DNA from: an uncultured Actinomycetes bacterium
Lineage (GTDB): Bacteria > Actinomycetota > UBA4738 > HRBIN12
Length of the DNA: 64,000 nucleotides
Reading direction: 5' to 3'
Assembly (NCBI GenBank): GCA_963704885.1
Contig: CAVPIB010000007.1
Location: 32,001 to 96,000 of the forward strand
Under the pieces are notes generated by a model. The model searched no databases. It saw nothing but the letters and a program-made list of their open reading frames with translations, and was not told where the DNA came from. This document shows positions 1-10,523 of the stretch, piece by piece (within the stretch, counting starts at the first letter, position 1; the number at the start of each line of letters is the position of its first letter). Position numbers and translations under genes: made by a program.

Positions 1-11
1 AGGAGACCCGG

Positions 12-1967
12 ATGACCGAGCCGGCTGTCGCTCCTTTCGGCACGTGGCCCTCACCCCTCACCGCCGACATGCTCGTCGCCTCGTCGCTGCGCCTGGGCAT
101 GCCCTGGATCGAGGACGGAACGGTCTACTGGAGCGAGGCGCGACCGAGTGAAGGCGGAAGGACCGTCGTGGTGCGCAAGCCGCAGGGCGGCCCTGCGGAA
201 GACGTCACCCCCAGCGGCTTCAACGCCCGCACCAAGGTGCACGAGTACGGCGGAGGGTCCTATCTGGTGCACGGGGGGACGGTCTTCGCGTCGAACTTCG
301 CGGATCAGCGTCTGTATAGGCACGACCCGGCCGCCGAACCGGTTGCGATCACCGCCGACAGTGACGGGCGGCACCGCTTCGCCGACGGCCGAGCCACGAC
401 CGACGGTGCGCTCATCCTATGCGTCCGTGAACTACACCAGGACGACGGGGTCGTGAACGAGCTCGTGGTTCTGCCCACGGACGGCTCCGAGGAGCCGCGG
501 CCGATCGCCGGTGGGCGCGACTTCTATTCGTCGCCGCGGATCTCTCCCGACGACTCCAAGCTGGCATGGCTGGCCTGGGATCTGCCGTGGATGCCCTGGG
601 ACGGATGCGAGCTCTGGGTTGCCGACCTTGCGTCGGATGGTGCGCTCTCGGGCGAACGGCTGGTGGCCGGCCGGTGCGGCGAAGAGTCCATCTGGCAGCC
701 CGATTGGAGCCCGGCGGGCGAGCTTCACTTCGCGAGCGACCGAACGGGCTGGTGGAACCTCTTCCGAAAGCGAGCTGATGAGATCCAGGCCCTCCACCCG
801 GCCGAGGCGGAGTTCGGGTGGCCGCAGTGGGTCTTCGGTGGATCTACATACGCGTTCCTGACGGATGGGCGCATCGCCTGCATCTACGACTCGGCGGGTC
901 GGCAGCACGTAGGTCTGCTGGACCCCGAGACGAGCGAGCTGATCGACATGGATCTCCCTTACACCGCGATCGGCTACCCGGAGCTAGTGGCGGAAGGGGA
1001 GCGGATCGTGTTCATCGCCGGCGCTCCGGCGATCCCCGACCAGGTCGTCTCGCTCGACTTCACTACTCGCTCGGTCGATGTGCTCCGGGCGAGTGACGAA
1101 CTGTCGATCGATCCGGGCTTCGTCTCGATCCCCCGATCGCTCGAGTTCCCGACGGAGGGCGGTCTGACGGCGCATGCCATCCACTACCCGCCAGCGAACC
1201 CGGACGTGGTCGCACCTGAAGGGGAGCGACCGCCGCTGATCGTAATGAGCCACGGCGGTCCCACGTCGGCCGTCACGGCCCTTTACGACCCGGAGATCCA
1301 GTTCTGGACCACTCGCGGGTTCGCGGTGGTTGACGTCAACTACGGCGGGAGCACAGGTTACGGCCGCGCGTACCGGCAACGGCTGAACGGCAAATGGGGC
1401 GTGGTCGACACCATGGACTGCATCAATGCCGCCCGCTCGTTGGTTGGGTCCGGGGATGCCGACCCGGATCGGCTGTTGATCCGCGGAGGGAGCGCGGGCG
1501 GTTACACGACGCTCTGCGCTCTCACGTTCCACGACACCTTCGCGGCCGGGGCCAGCTACTACGGGATCTCCGACCTGGAGCCGTTCGCCCAAGCGAGCGG
1601 CACCCACAAATTCGAGTCCCGGTACGAGCACACGCTGGTCGGTCCTTACCCGGAGGCGGCCGATCTCTACCGGGCGCGCTCACCGATCCACTTCGTCGAC
1701 ATGATCTCGTGTCCGATGATCCTGCTGCAGGGCGACGAGGACGAGGTCGTGCCTCCGGCGCAATCCGAGGTCATGGTCGAGGCGCTGAAGGCCAAGGGTC
1801 TTCCCTACGCCTACCTGCTGTTCGAGGGCGAACAGCACGGGTTCCGCAAGGCCGAGACCATCCGGCGCGCGGCGGAGGCCGAACTCTCGTTCTACGCGCA
1901 GATCCTGAGGTTCGAGCCGGCGGACGCGATCGAACCGATCCACATCGAGAACCTGCCAGGCTCCTGA
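12..1967 (+). CDS. S9 family (prolyl oligopeptidase/acylaminoacyl) peptidase
   Basis: N-terminal 'APFGTWPSPL', beta-propeller region, HGGP, NYGGSTGYG, nucleophile GGSAGG, catalytic D (QGDEDEVV) and H (EQHGF). Confidence 0.93.
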   Translation: MTEPAVAPFGTWPSPLTADMLVASSLRLGMPWIEDGTVYWSEARPSEGGRTVVVRKPQGGPAEDVTPSGFNARTKVHEYGGGSYLVHGGTVFASNFADQRLYRHDPAAEPVAITADSDGRHRFADGRATTDGALILCVRELHQDDGVVNELVVLPTDGSEEPRPIAGGRDFYSSPRISPDDSKLAWLAWDLPWMPWDGCELWVADLASDGALSGERLVAGRCGEESIWQPDWSPAGELHFASDRTGWWNLFRKRADEIQALHPAEAEFGWPQWVFGGSTYAFLTDGRIACIYDSAGRQHVGLLDPETSELIDMDLPYTAIGYPELVAEGERIVFIAGAPAIPDQVVSLDFTTRSVDVLRASDELSIDPGFVSIPRSLEFPTEGGLTAHAIHYPPANPDVVAPEGERPPLIVMSHGGPTSAVTALYDPEIQFWTTRGFAVVDVNYGGSTGYGRAYRQRLNGKWGVVDTMDCINAARSLVGSGDADPDRLLIRGGSAGGYTTLCALTFHDTFAAGASYYGISDLEPFAQASGTHKFESRYEHTLVGPYPEAADLYRARSPIHFVDMISCPMILLQGDEDEVVPPAQSEVMVEALKAKGLPYAYLLFEGEQHGFRKAETIRRAAEAELSFYAQILRFEPADAIEPIHIENLPGS

Positions 1968-2152
1968 TCGCCGAGCGCGCATCCCGGGAAGCGCGGGACC
2001 CAGAAGCTGAGCATGGAGGGCAAGGAATCGCAACCCGCACGAAGCTACGGCCGCAAGCTTCGGCGAAGACGCCCCTCGTATCCCCAAGTGGACTGGACGT
2101 CGTGAGGGGCTCGGTGCGAGTATCTGGGCCGCCTGTCTAGAGGGGGTGTGGC

Positions 2153-4027
2153 ATGAAGAACGCCGTGCGATCGGCCGCGATCATCGTGGTCCTCGCTATC
2201 GTCGCCGCTGCGTGTGGTGGCGGGGACAGCGATAGCCCAGCATCGCCGAGCGATAGTGGGAGCTCGGTCGCGGAGATCCCTTCAGGGGGAACCGTCAAGC
2301 TGGCCGCGGTCGGTGATGTGAGCGCGGCGTTCGACCCGCAGAAGGAGTACTACCAGCTGTCTTTCGAGTACTTCAAGTGCTGCCTGCTCCGCACGCTCTA
2401 CTCCACCAACGGCATGGCCGTCGACGAGGGTGGCTCGGAGCTCCGCCCGGACATCGCCACCGACATGCCTACGGTGTCCGACGACGGCCTGACGTGGACC
2501 TTCTCGATCAAGCCGGGCGTCTTCTACTCGCCGCCGTTCGCCGACGTCGAGGTGACGGCTCAGGACTTCATCCGGGCGATGATGCGCGAGGCCGACCCGA
2601 AGGCCAGCTCCGGCGGATACAGCTTCTATTACTCGGCGATCGAAGGCTTCGATGACTTCGGCGCCGGCGACGCCGACACCATCTCGGGGATGACCGCGAT
2701 CGACGACCACACGCTTCAAGTAGTGGTCACGGCCCCGACCGGGGACCTCGGTTGGCGGATGGCCATGCCGGCTGCGGCCCCCATCCCGCCCAACGGCGAC
2801 GCTCCTCTGGGGGCCGCCGAGGGGCACACCAAGGACTACGGCAGGTTCCTCGTGGCGACCGGGCCCTACATGTTCGAGGGCACCGATGCACTTGACTTCT
2901 CGGTGCCGGCAGCCGACCAGGAGCCGGTGAGCGGGTACATCCCGGGTCGTCAGATCGTCCTGGTCCGCAACACGTCATGGGATCCGGCAACCGACGAGCT
3001 GCGGCCGGCATACGCCGACCGCCTGGAAGCCTCGATCGGCGGGGACGCCGCCGACCTGTACAACCAGGTCGACGCGGGCGAGATCGACTACGTACTGGAC
3101 GCTGCGCCACCCGCGGACGTGCTCCAGAGGTACAGCACCGATCCCGACCTGCAGTCGCGGCTGTTCACGCACCCGCAGAACGCGGTGTCGTACGCCAGCA
3201 TGAACCTGGCCATCCCGCCGTTCGACGACATACACGTCCGCAAGGCGGTGAACCTGGCGTTGGACAAGTCGGGCGGCCGCCAGCTCGGCGGTGGGGCGCT
3301 CACAGGGATCAACGCGGGGCACATCTTCCCCGACGGGCTGTTGAACAACCTGCTGAAGGACTACAACCCCTACGCGTCGGCCGACGACCATGGCGACGCG
3401 GCGGCGGCGATGGAGGAGATGAAGCAATCCAAGTACGACTCCAACGGGGACGGGGTCTGCGACGACCCGGTGTGCGACGGGATCCTGACGATCACGTCAA
3501 CGACCGACCCCGCACCTAAGGTCGCGGCGCTCTACGCGCAAAACGTCGCGGCGATCGGCCTGATCCTTAACGTCAAGGCCTTGCAGACCACCACGATGTA
3601 CGCCAAGTGCAACGAGATGCCAGCACAGGTGCCGTTCTGCACGAGCGTCGGCTGGATCCAGGACTACCCCGACGCCTACACGTTCGGCCCACCGTTGTTC
3701 GGTTCCGAGGGCTTGTACCCCGGGTGCTGCAACTACGACGGGCTGGGGGCCTCGGCGGACCAGATGAAGGAGTGGGGCTACTCGATCACCGACGTCCCGA
3801 GCGTGGACGACAAGCTGGCCGAATGCTCCGCGATCGCGGTCGGCGACGAGCGGACGCAGTGTTGGGCCAACCTGGACAAGTACCTCATGGAAGAGGTCGT
3901 TCCATGGGTGCCGCGAACGTTCACCAACATCAACGAGATCGTCTCGGTGAACATCGTCAATTACTCATACGATGAGTTCGGCGGCATGATCGCGCTCGAC
4001 CATCTGGCGGTCGCGTCCTCCGGGTAG
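2153..4027 (+). CDS. ABC transporter substrate-binding lipoprotein, family 5 (Opp/Dpp type)
   Basis: Lipobox VAAAC; 'VSDDGLTWTFSIKPG', 'VATGPYM', 'PPFDDIHVRKAVNLALDK', 'GWIQDYPD' family-5 motifs. Confidence 0.9.
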   Translation: MKNAVRSAAIIVVLAIVAAACGGGDSDSPASPSDSGSSVAEIPSGGTVKLAAVGDVSAAFDPQKEYYQLSFEYFKCCLLRTLYSTNGMAVDEGGSELRPDIATDMPTVSDDGLTWTFSIKPGVFYSPPFADVEVTAQDFIRAMMREADPKASSGGYSFYYSAIEGFDDFGAGDADTISGMTAIDDHTLQVVVTAPTGDLGWRMAMPAAAPIPPNGDAPLGAAEGHTKDYGRFLVATGPYMFEGTDALDFSVPAADQEPVSGYIPGRQIVLVRNTSWDPATDELRPAYADRLEASIGGDAADLYNQVDAGEIDYVLDAAPPADVLQRYSTDPDLQSRLFTHPQNAVSYASMNLAIPPFDDIHVRKAVNLALDKSGGRQLGGGALTGINAGHIFPDGLLNNLLKDYNPYASADDHGDAAAAMEEMKQSKYDSNGDGVCDDPVCDGILTITSTTDPAPKVAALYAQNVAAIGLILNVKALQTTTMYAKCNEMPAQVPFCTSVGWIQDYPDAYTFGPPLFGSEGLYPGCCNYDGLGASADQMKEWGYSITDVPSVDDKLAECSAIAVGDERTQCWANLDKYLMEEVVPWVPRTFTNINEIVSVNIVNYSYDEFGGMIALDHLAVASSG

Positions 4028-4051
4028 ATCGAGCGAAGGCTGGATACGAGG

Positions 4052-4079
4052 AACGGGGGCGGGCGACCGCCCCCGTTTT
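4052..4079 (+). terminator. Intrinsic terminator hairpin between convergent SBP and moaA
   Basis: AACGGGGGCGG-GCGA-CCGCCCCCGTT perfect 11-bp stem with a GNRA loop, ending in TTTT. Confidence 0.75.
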
Positions 4080-4116
4080 CGATGGGGGCCGGGCGGAGAT
4101 CGGCGGATCCGGCGGC

Positions 4117-5142
4117 TCAGCCGCCGATCATGGACATACTGCGCGCGGGTTGGACGAAATCCGGGTGGTTGATCCGGTGGCCCGACCACTTTCCCCAGAC
4201 GTTCGCACGGATGAGCGCCAGGAGCTCCTCGTCTGTCGCGCCGTCCCGCATCGGCCCGCGGAGATCCGTCTCTTCCAGCGCGAACAGGCATGCGCGGACC
4301 TGACCCTCCGCCGTCAGTCGTAGCCGGTTGCACGTGTCGCAGAACGGCTCGGTCACGCTGGCGATCACGCCCACCCTGCCCGGAGCGCCATCGGCGAACC
4401 TGTACGACGTGGCAGGCTCGTTGTCGTGTCCCGCGGCTGCGAGCGGGAACGCCGCATCGATCGCCTCCAGGATGCGGGCGGATGTCACGACCTTCGCGCG
4501 CTCCCACGCGTGCTGGGCATCGAGGGGCATGTACTCGATGAATCGGACCTCGTAGCCTGTCTCGCGAGCCCATCTGGCGAAGTCGACCACCTCTTCGTCG
4601 TTCGTCCCGCCGATCACCACCGTGTTGATCTTGATCGGGGTGAGCCCGGCCGCCTCTGCGGCCTTCAGGCCGGCGAGTACCTTGTCTAGCGCGTCGCGCC
4701 GGGTCATCTCTGCGAACCGGTGCCGCATCAGCGAATCGCACGACACCGTCGCGCGATCGACGCCCGCGTCGGCGAGCGGCTGCGCCAGCCGATCGAGCAG
4801 CACTCCGTTCGTGGTGATCGAGATGTCGAGATCCGGGCCGACCTCGCGGAACATGCTCACGAGCGTGGGGAGGTCGGCCCTGACGGTCGGCTCACCTCCG
4901 GTCACCTTGATCGATCCCACACCCAGTCCCACGAAGATGCCCAGGAGTCGCGTCAGCTCCTCGAACGACAGGATCTCGTCCTTCGGCAGCCAAGTGAGAC
5001 CGTCCGCCGGCATGCAGTACGTGCAACGGAAGTTGCAGCGGTCGGTCACCGAAACCCTGAGGTCGTCGGCGATCCGGCCGAACGAGTCGATGAGCGGTCC
5101 ATCGGCGGGCGGCGGGGCGGTGGGAGGCTGCCACGCGTTCAT
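4117..5142 (-). CDS. moaA: GTP 3',8-cyclase MoaA (radical SAM)
   Basis: RVSVTDRCNFRCTYC, TGGEP, FCDTCNRLRLT..C and C-terminal MSMIGG. ATG 5142 chosen because TACGCT (-10-like) lies 6 nt upstream. Confidence 0.96.
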   Translation of the reverse strand: MNAWQPPTAPPPADGPLIDSFGRIADDLRVSVTDRCNFRCTYCMPADGLTWLPKDEILSFEELTRLLGIFVGLGVGSIKVTGGEPTVRADLPTLVSMFREVGPDLDISITTNGVLLDRLAQPLADAGVDRATVSCDSLMRHRFAEMTRRDALDKVLAGLKAAEAAGLTPIKINTVVIGGTNDEEVVDFARWARETGYEVRFIEYMPLDAQHAWERAKVVTSARILEAIDAAFPLAAAGHDNEPATSYRFADGAPGRVGVIASVTEPFCDTCNRLRLTAEGQVRACLFALEETDLRGPMRDGATDEELLALIRANVWGKWSGHRINHPDFVQPARSMSMIGG

Positions 5143-5175
5143 CTGAGCAGCGTACCCGGGAGAGAGCGTCAAGCG

Positions 5176-5430
5176 CTACGGGTCTTCCGAGGGCGCAGGC
5201 AGGAGTCCCTCGATGAGTCCGATGCCCTCGGCGAGCGCAGTGGCTCGTGGCCTCCCTTTCTCGACCTCTGCGGCGACGTGCATGCCCAGAAGGAACGTCG
5301 CGAGAGGGGTCCCCTTGCGTTCCACGCGGTGTGCGACCTCTCGTGCGATCCGCAGTAGATCTTCGGTGTCCCGGTCGGTCAGAGGTTCCTGTCCGCAAGC
5401 AGCAGCCAGATCATCGATCCACTCACCCAT
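5176..5430 (-). CDS. DUF6457-type small protein (Moco-gene associated)
   Basis: 'MGEWIDDLAAACG...LLRIAREVAHRVERKGTPLATFLLG' resembles the small actinobacterial family found near mob/moa genes; GGAGG RBS upstream. Confidence 0.72.
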   Translation of the reverse strand: MGEWIDDLAAACGQEPLTDRDTEDLLRIAREVAHRVERKGTPLATFLLGMHVAAEVEKGRPRATALAEGIGLIEGLLPAPSEDP

Positions 5431-5506
5431 CGTTCCTCCTCGGCCTGGTCGGTCGGCCATCGAACGGTACCCCGCCGAGCGGGCGGCGAGATGGGAGGAT
5501 TGGCGG

Positions 5507-6754
5507 ATGGACACCAAGCCCCGCGCCGCGATCGTGACCGTCTCCGACGGGGTGACGGCCGGGTCCCGTCGGGACACTTCCGGGGACACCGCCGAGACGC
5601 TGCTCCATGAGGCAGGCTTCGATGTGGCCCATCGAGTCGTCGTGCCCGATGATCGTCCTCGCATAGAGCAGGCGCTCCGCGACCTGGCTGCCACCTATGA
5701 GCTTGTGGTGACGACCGGCGGCACGGGGTTCGGGCCTCGGGATGTGACTCCCGAGGCCACTAGAGCCGTGATCGATCGCGAGGCTCCGGGCCTTGCTGAG
5801 CTGATGCGCTCGGTCGGCCTCGCGCACACGCCGATGGCGGCGCTGTCGCGGGCCGTGGTCGGGAGTCTGGGATCCACGCTGATCGTGAACCTCCCAGGGA
5901 GCCCGAGAGGCGTTCAAGAGGGTCTCGAGGCGATACTGCCGGTCGTGCCGCACGCGGTGGAGCTGCTGGCCGGGGCCTCGGGAGAGCATCCCACCGGTCA
6001 TGGTGAGGGGGATGACCAGCCGCGAGCCGATCCCGGCGCGCTCCCCGGCACGGTCACGATCACCGCCGTGAAGCAGATCGGCGCCCCTCCCTGCCCCGTG
6101 GGCTCGCGGATCGTCCTCGGATCCGGGGGACCGCTGGAGGGCACGTTGGGGTGCGCGGAGTTCGACGCGGCGGCGGTCCAGGCGGCGTCGGAGTCTCTGG
6201 CCGCCGAGGACGCCGTTCCTCACACCCGAGTCTTCCATCACGACCTGGGCGACATAGAGGTGTTCGTGGAGCCGCACCCGCGTCTCGCCACGCTCGTCGT
6301 GGTATCCGCTACGCCGGTCGCCGAGGAGCTGCTCAAGCTCGCTCCAGGGCTCGGCTATAGAACGATCTTGGTCGAGCCGCGTGCCGAGCGGATCAGCGCT
6401 CAGCATCACACGCTCGCCGACGAGGTCCGGTCGTCGCCCGACGGCGTTGCTGCGGACTCGCGAACCGATGCTGTGTTCACCGATCACGACGCTCCCGGAG
6501 TCGCGGACTCTCTGGCGACCCTGCTCCGATCGCCCGCCCGTTTCATCGGCGTCATGGGAAGCCGACGGCACGTGGGTCCCTACGTGGAGACGCTGCAAGG
6601 GATGGGGTTCGGTCCCGACGACCTCGGACGGCTGCGATCTCCGCTCGGTCTGGACATCGGCGGGAAGCGTCCGCAGGAGATCGCGCTGTCGATCGCCGCT
6701 GGACTGGTGGCTGCGCGTTCGGGCCGCGAGGGTGGCTGGATGGATGCGCCTTGA
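5507..6754 (+). CDS. MogA/MoaB molybdopterin adenylyltransferase fused to XdhC/CoxF maturation domains
   Basis: N-half: IVTVSD, TTGGTGFGPRDVTPEAT, LIVNLPGSP. C-half: EGTLGC, FIGVMGSRR, LRSPLGLDIGGKRPQEIALSIAA. Confidence 0.85.
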   Translation: MDTKPRAAIVTVSDGVTAGSRRDTSGDTAETLLHEAGFDVAHRVVVPDDRPRIEQALRDLAATYELVVTTGGTGFGPRDVTPEATRAVIDREAPGLAELMRSVGLAHTPMAALSRAVVGSLGSTLIVNLPGSPRGVQEGLEAILPVVPHAVELLAGASGEHPTGHGEGDDQPRADPGALPGTVTITAVKQIGAPPCPVGSRIVLGSGGPLEGTLGCAEFDAAAVQAASESLAAEDAVPHTRVFHHDLGDIEVFVEPHPRLATLVVVSATPVAEELLKLAPGLGYRTILVEPRAERISAQHHTLADEVRSSPDGVAADSRTDAVFTDHDAPGVADSLATLLRSPARFIGVMGSRRHVGPYVETLQGMGFGPDDLGRLRSPLGLDIGGKRPQEIALSIAAGLVAARSGREGGWMDAP

Positions 6755-7536
6755 CTGGCTCTTCCGAGCACGTGAGGAAGAACCGTGAGCACTGGGACGG
6801 CTACAGCGCGGCCTATCAGGAGCGGAACGCGAGCCAGCTCGATCGTTGGGACCGCCTCGGCTGGGGGACCTGGGACATAGCGGACGACGAGCTACACGCT
6901 CTCGGCGAGGTACAAGGGCTGGACGTCTTGGAGTACGGATGCGGTGGCTGTCAGAGTGGGATCCGTGTGGCCAAGCGTGGCGCGCGGGTCACAGGGCTCG
7001 ACTTCTCCCTGGCCCAACTCCTCCACGGACGAACGAAGATGACAGAGACGGGCGTGCGGTTCCCGGTCGTTCAGGCCGACGGGGAAGGGATCCCCTTCCG
7101 CGACGAGAGCTTCGACCTGGTGTTCTGCGACCACGGCGTGATGGGGTTCGCGGATCCCTACCGAACGGTGCCAGAAGTGGCTCGGGTCCTGAGGCCCGGG
7201 GGCCGATTCGCGTTCAACGGCACTACCCCGTGGATCTGGGTAGCGTGGGGCGAGGAGGATCTGCCGCCTGCGCGTGAGATGCGGCGCGACTACTTCGGTC
7301 TGAGGAGCGCCGACGTGGACGATCCCGACTGGAGAACGACCGAGTTTCAGCTGACGTACGGTGACTGGATCCGCCTGTTCGGTGCGAGCGGTCTGGTGGT
7401 CGAAGACCTGATCGAGCTCCGTCCATCCCCCGACGCCACCACGACGTACCCGGACTACTCGAGCCTCGAGTGGGCACGGGCCTTCCCGAGCGAGCACATC
7501 TGGAAGGTGCGGAAGGCGTTGGGTGTCCCCAGCTAG
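6751..7536 (+). CDS. Class I SAM-dependent methyltransferase
   Basis: VLEYGCGG motif I, GLDFS, IPFRDESFDLV, EVARVLRPGG; TTG start overlaps the upstream stop. Confidence 0.88.
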   Translation: MTGSSEHVRKNREHWDGYSAAYQERNASQLDRWDRLGWGTWDIADDELHALGEVQGLDVLEYGCGGCQSGIRVAKRGARVTGLDFSLAQLLHGRTKMTETGVRFPVVQADGEGIPFRDESFDLVFCDHGVMGFADPYRTVPEVARVLRPGGRFAFNGTTPWIWVAWGEEDLPPAREMRRDYFGLRSADVDDPDWRTTEFQLTYGDWIRLFGASGLVVEDLIELRPSPDATTTYPDYSSLEWARAFPSEHIWKVRKALGVPS

Positions 7537-8941
7537 TCTGCGTCAGACTACTGCCACGATGCTCGCCTCTGTGGCGCTCGTGGCCGCCGGCCTCAACGGC
7601 CCTCCTCCTCCAGCGCCGCAAGACGATCGTCCGAACATCATCGTCATCCTCACGGACGACCAGTCGTTCGATACGCTGCCGTCACATCCAGCGGCGATGC
7701 CGTGGCTGCAGGACCAGATCCACGATCCGACGGGCAGCTGGCTGTGGTTCCCCAACGCGTTCATCTCCACGCCGATCTGCTGTCCCTCGCGCGCGACGAT
7801 CCTCTCGGGGCGATATAGCCACCACACGAACGTGCGCACCAACGACGACGGAGAGCGGTTCGATGACTCGGACACTCTCGCGACCTGGCTCCACAACTCG
7901 GGATACTTCACCGGACTGGTCGGGAAGTACCTCAACCGATATCCGTTCGGCCGTGCGCCGTACGTTCCCGCTGGATGGGATCGATGGGTAGCCAAACGGA
8001 ACACCGCCACCACGACGACATACTTCGACTTCGGGTTCGTGGATCGGACCATCCCGCTAACGACCGCGCACGGGGCCGGAACCTATGCGACGGATCTCTT
8101 CGCGGATCGCGCTGTGGACTTCATCAGGGTTGCGCCGGCCGAGCAACCGTACTTCCTCTACTTCGCGACCAGCGCTCCGCATCCACCGTGGACCCCACCA
8201 CCACGACACGCCGGTGCGTTCGCAGGCGTGCCGATCTCAGTTCCACCGAGCGTGAACGAGCGGAACGTCTCGGACAAGCCGGCCTGGGTGCAAGCGCTGG
8301 ATCCCCTCGATGGCGACGATCTCTCCAGACTCATGAGCGAACGCCGGCGTGAGCGGGCAACCCTCCTTGGGGTGGACGACGCGATCCGGCGGATCGTCGG
8401 GGCGGCCGAGGCGCGAGGCGACCTGGACCGAACGATCATCTTCTTCCTCACGGACAACGGCTTCTCGTTCGGCGAGCACAGGATCCGCGGCAAACGCTGT
8501 CAGTACGAGGAGTGCATCCGAACGCCCTTCGCGGTGCTGGTTCCGGGAGGGGAGTCTGGACAGGTGAACGGCCTGATCTCCAACGTGGACCTGGCCCCTA
8601 CGATCGTCGACCTGGCCGGGATTCAGACGGCTCCGCTCGTCGACGGTCGCAGCTTCAGGCGGGCGCTGGCCGGGCGACCGTGGAAGGGCCCGCCCGGAGT
8701 GCTGCTCGAATGGGCGGGCGACGATGAGGTCCCAGCCTGGCAGGGCGTGCGGACGCGCGACTTCGCCTACGTCGAGAGCGCCGACGGCACCGTGGAGCTG
8801 TACGACCTTACGGGAGCGCTCGGACGCGCCGACCCGTTCGAGGTGAAGAGCCGGTCGGACGATCCCAGGTATCGCGTAGTGGTCGATCGCCTGGCCGCGT
8901 TGCTCCGACGGCTGCGCTCCCGTGAGCTCCATCGAAGCTAG
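7523..8941 (+). CDS. Secreted sulfatase (formylglycine-dependent, GlcNAc-6-sulfatase-like)
   Basis: Signal peptide, [22 protein letters not shown] signature, GKYLN, APH.P, TDNG...HR..GK. Confidence 0.9.
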   Translation: MSPASLRQTTATMLASVALVAAGLNGPPPPAPQDDRPNIIVILTDDQSFDTLPSHPAAMPWLQDQIHDPTGSWLWFPNAFISTPICCPSRATILSGRYSHHTNVRTNDDGERFDDSDTLATWLHNSGYFTGLVGKYLNRYPFGRAPYVPAGWDRWVAKRNTATTTTYFDFGFVDRTIPLTTAHGAGTYATDLFADRAVDFIRVAPAEQPYFLYFATSAPHPPWTPPPRHAGAFAGVPISVPPSVNERNVSDKPAWVQALDPLDGDDLSRLMSERRRERATLLGVDDAIRRIVGAAEARGDLDRTIIFFLTDNGFSFGEHRIRGKRCQYEECIRTPFAVLVPGGESGQVNGLISNVDLAPTIVDLAGIQTAPLVDGRSFRRALAGRPWKGPPGVLLEWAGDDEVPAWQGVRTRDFAYVESADGTVELYDLTGALGRADPFEVKSRSDDPRYRVVVDRLAALLRRLRSRELHRS

Positions 8942-8952
8942 ACTGCCTCATC

Positions 8953-10518
8953 GTGCCGCAGTCTCCGGGACCGATCATCCGGCCGGCGTCGTCGGATCGT
9001 CGGCGTCCAACCCGTCCTCAGATCGCTCGCAGGCGCGCGTTCGCGGCGCTCCTGTTGGTGCTCGTGGTGTTCCTCGCCTGGCAGTTCTGGCCGGCCGGTG
9101 GGTCGACGAGCGCCGAAGGCGAAGGCGGTCAGCAGGGACAGGGGAACGGCAGCGGCGCCGGCGGAGGAGGCAGCGGCGGAGGTGCGATCGGGCCTGACAA
9201 CCCGATCGAGCACGTGGTCTTCCTGGTGAAGGAGAACCGAACGTTCAACAACTACTTCGCTACGTACCCGGGCGCGGAGGGAACGACGACCGGGGGGACC
9301 TTGACGTGCAACGGGAGCGTGTGCCGACCCGGCGACGACCATAAGTTGACTGTGGCCCCCGACATCCAGCCGCATGACATCACTCACGGCTTCTCATCCG
9401 GGCTGTATGCGATCAACGGCGGCCAGATGAACGGCTACAACATCATCGGATCGGGCCAGGACCTGAGCGGGTACTCATACTTCAAGCGCGAAGGCATCCC
9501 CAACTACTGGGCTTACGCGGATCGCTTCGTGCTAGCGGATCACTTCTTCACGTCCATGTACGGACCCACGTTCCCGGAGCATCTCTACACGGTCGCCGCC
9601 CAGGCCTATGGCATCGTCGACAACAAGACGTCCACGGATCACGTGGGTAACTACTGCGACGACCCCACGGAATTCACCCCGCACTTCCGGCAGGATCTGA
9701 CCGCGGCGGAGAAGCGCAAGATCATGCAGTACGAGCAGAACTTCACGGACGACTTCCCGAACATGATCTACAGGATCAACCCCTACTGGGAGAGCATCCG
9801 GACCTGTATCGACGTGAAGACGCTGCCGGACAAGCTGGAGAAGGTTGGTGTCGATTGGAAGTACTACGCCAACGTCGACCAATGGATGAACGCCCTCCAG
9901 GCGATCAGGCATATCCGCGAGGATCCCGTGAAGTGGGGGAAGGTCCAGCCGCCCGAGAACTTCATCAAGGACATCAAGGCGGGTGAGATGCCAGAGGTGT
10001 CGTGGTTGATCCCGCCAGAGTCCTACAACGAGCACCCCGGCGAAGGTGTCTCGGTGTGTGCGGGCGAGAACTGGACCGTCACGCAGATCAACGCCGTCAT
10101 GCGGAGCGAGTATTGGGCATCGACGGCCATCGTGGTCATCTGGGACGACTTCGGCGGCTTCTACGACGGGGTCGCGCCACCGCACTACGACGTCATGGGC
10201 CTAGGCCCACGCACGCCGGCGCTGATCATCTCGCCCTACACTCGAACCGGTGATGGTCGGGCAGGCGGCTACGTGGACGACACCGTGTATGAGTTCTCCT
10301 CGGTCCTGCGGTTCATCGAGGAGCTACACGAGCTGAAGCCGCTCACCGAGCGGGACGCTCAGGCGAACCCTCTCGAAGGGGCGTTCGACTTCTCGCAACC
10401 GCCGAACACGGATCCGCTGATCCTGAAACTCCGCGACGAGTGCCCGTACGGGACGTCGTTCGCCGACATGGTGCCGGGGAGTCCAGCCGTTCAGGGTATC
10501 GGCGTCCCATGGGGATAG
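8953..10518 (+). CDS. Phosphoesterase / phospholipase C family protein with N-terminal membrane anchor
   Basis: [47 protein letters not shown]; single TM segment then a Gly-rich linker. Confidence 0.88.
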   Translation: MPQSPGPIIRPASSDRRRPTRPQIARRRAFAALLLVLVVFLAWQFWPAGGSTSAEGEGGQQGQGNGSGAGGGGSGGGAIGPDNPIEHVVFLVKENRTFNNYFATYPGAEGTTTGGTLTCNGSVCRPGDDHKLTVAPDIQPHDITHGFSSGLYAINGGQMNGYNIIGSGQDLSGYSYFKREGIPNYWAYADRFVLADHFFTSMYGPTFPEHLYTVAAQAYGIVDNKTSTDHVGNYCDDPTEFTPHFRQDLTAAEKRKIMQYEQNFTDDFPNMIYRINPYWESIRTCIDVKTLPDKLEKVGVDWKYYANVDQWMNALQAIRHIREDPVKWGKVQPPENFIKDIKAGEMPEVSWLIPPESYNEHPGEGVSVCAGENWTVTQINAVMRSEYWASTAIVVIWDDFGGFYDGVAPPHYDVMGLGPRTPALIISPYTRTGDGRAGGYVDDTVYEFSSVLRFIEELHELKPLTERDAQANPLEGAFDFSQPPNTDPLILKLRDECPYGTSFADMVPGSPAVQGIGVPWG

Positions 10519-10523
10519 GACCG

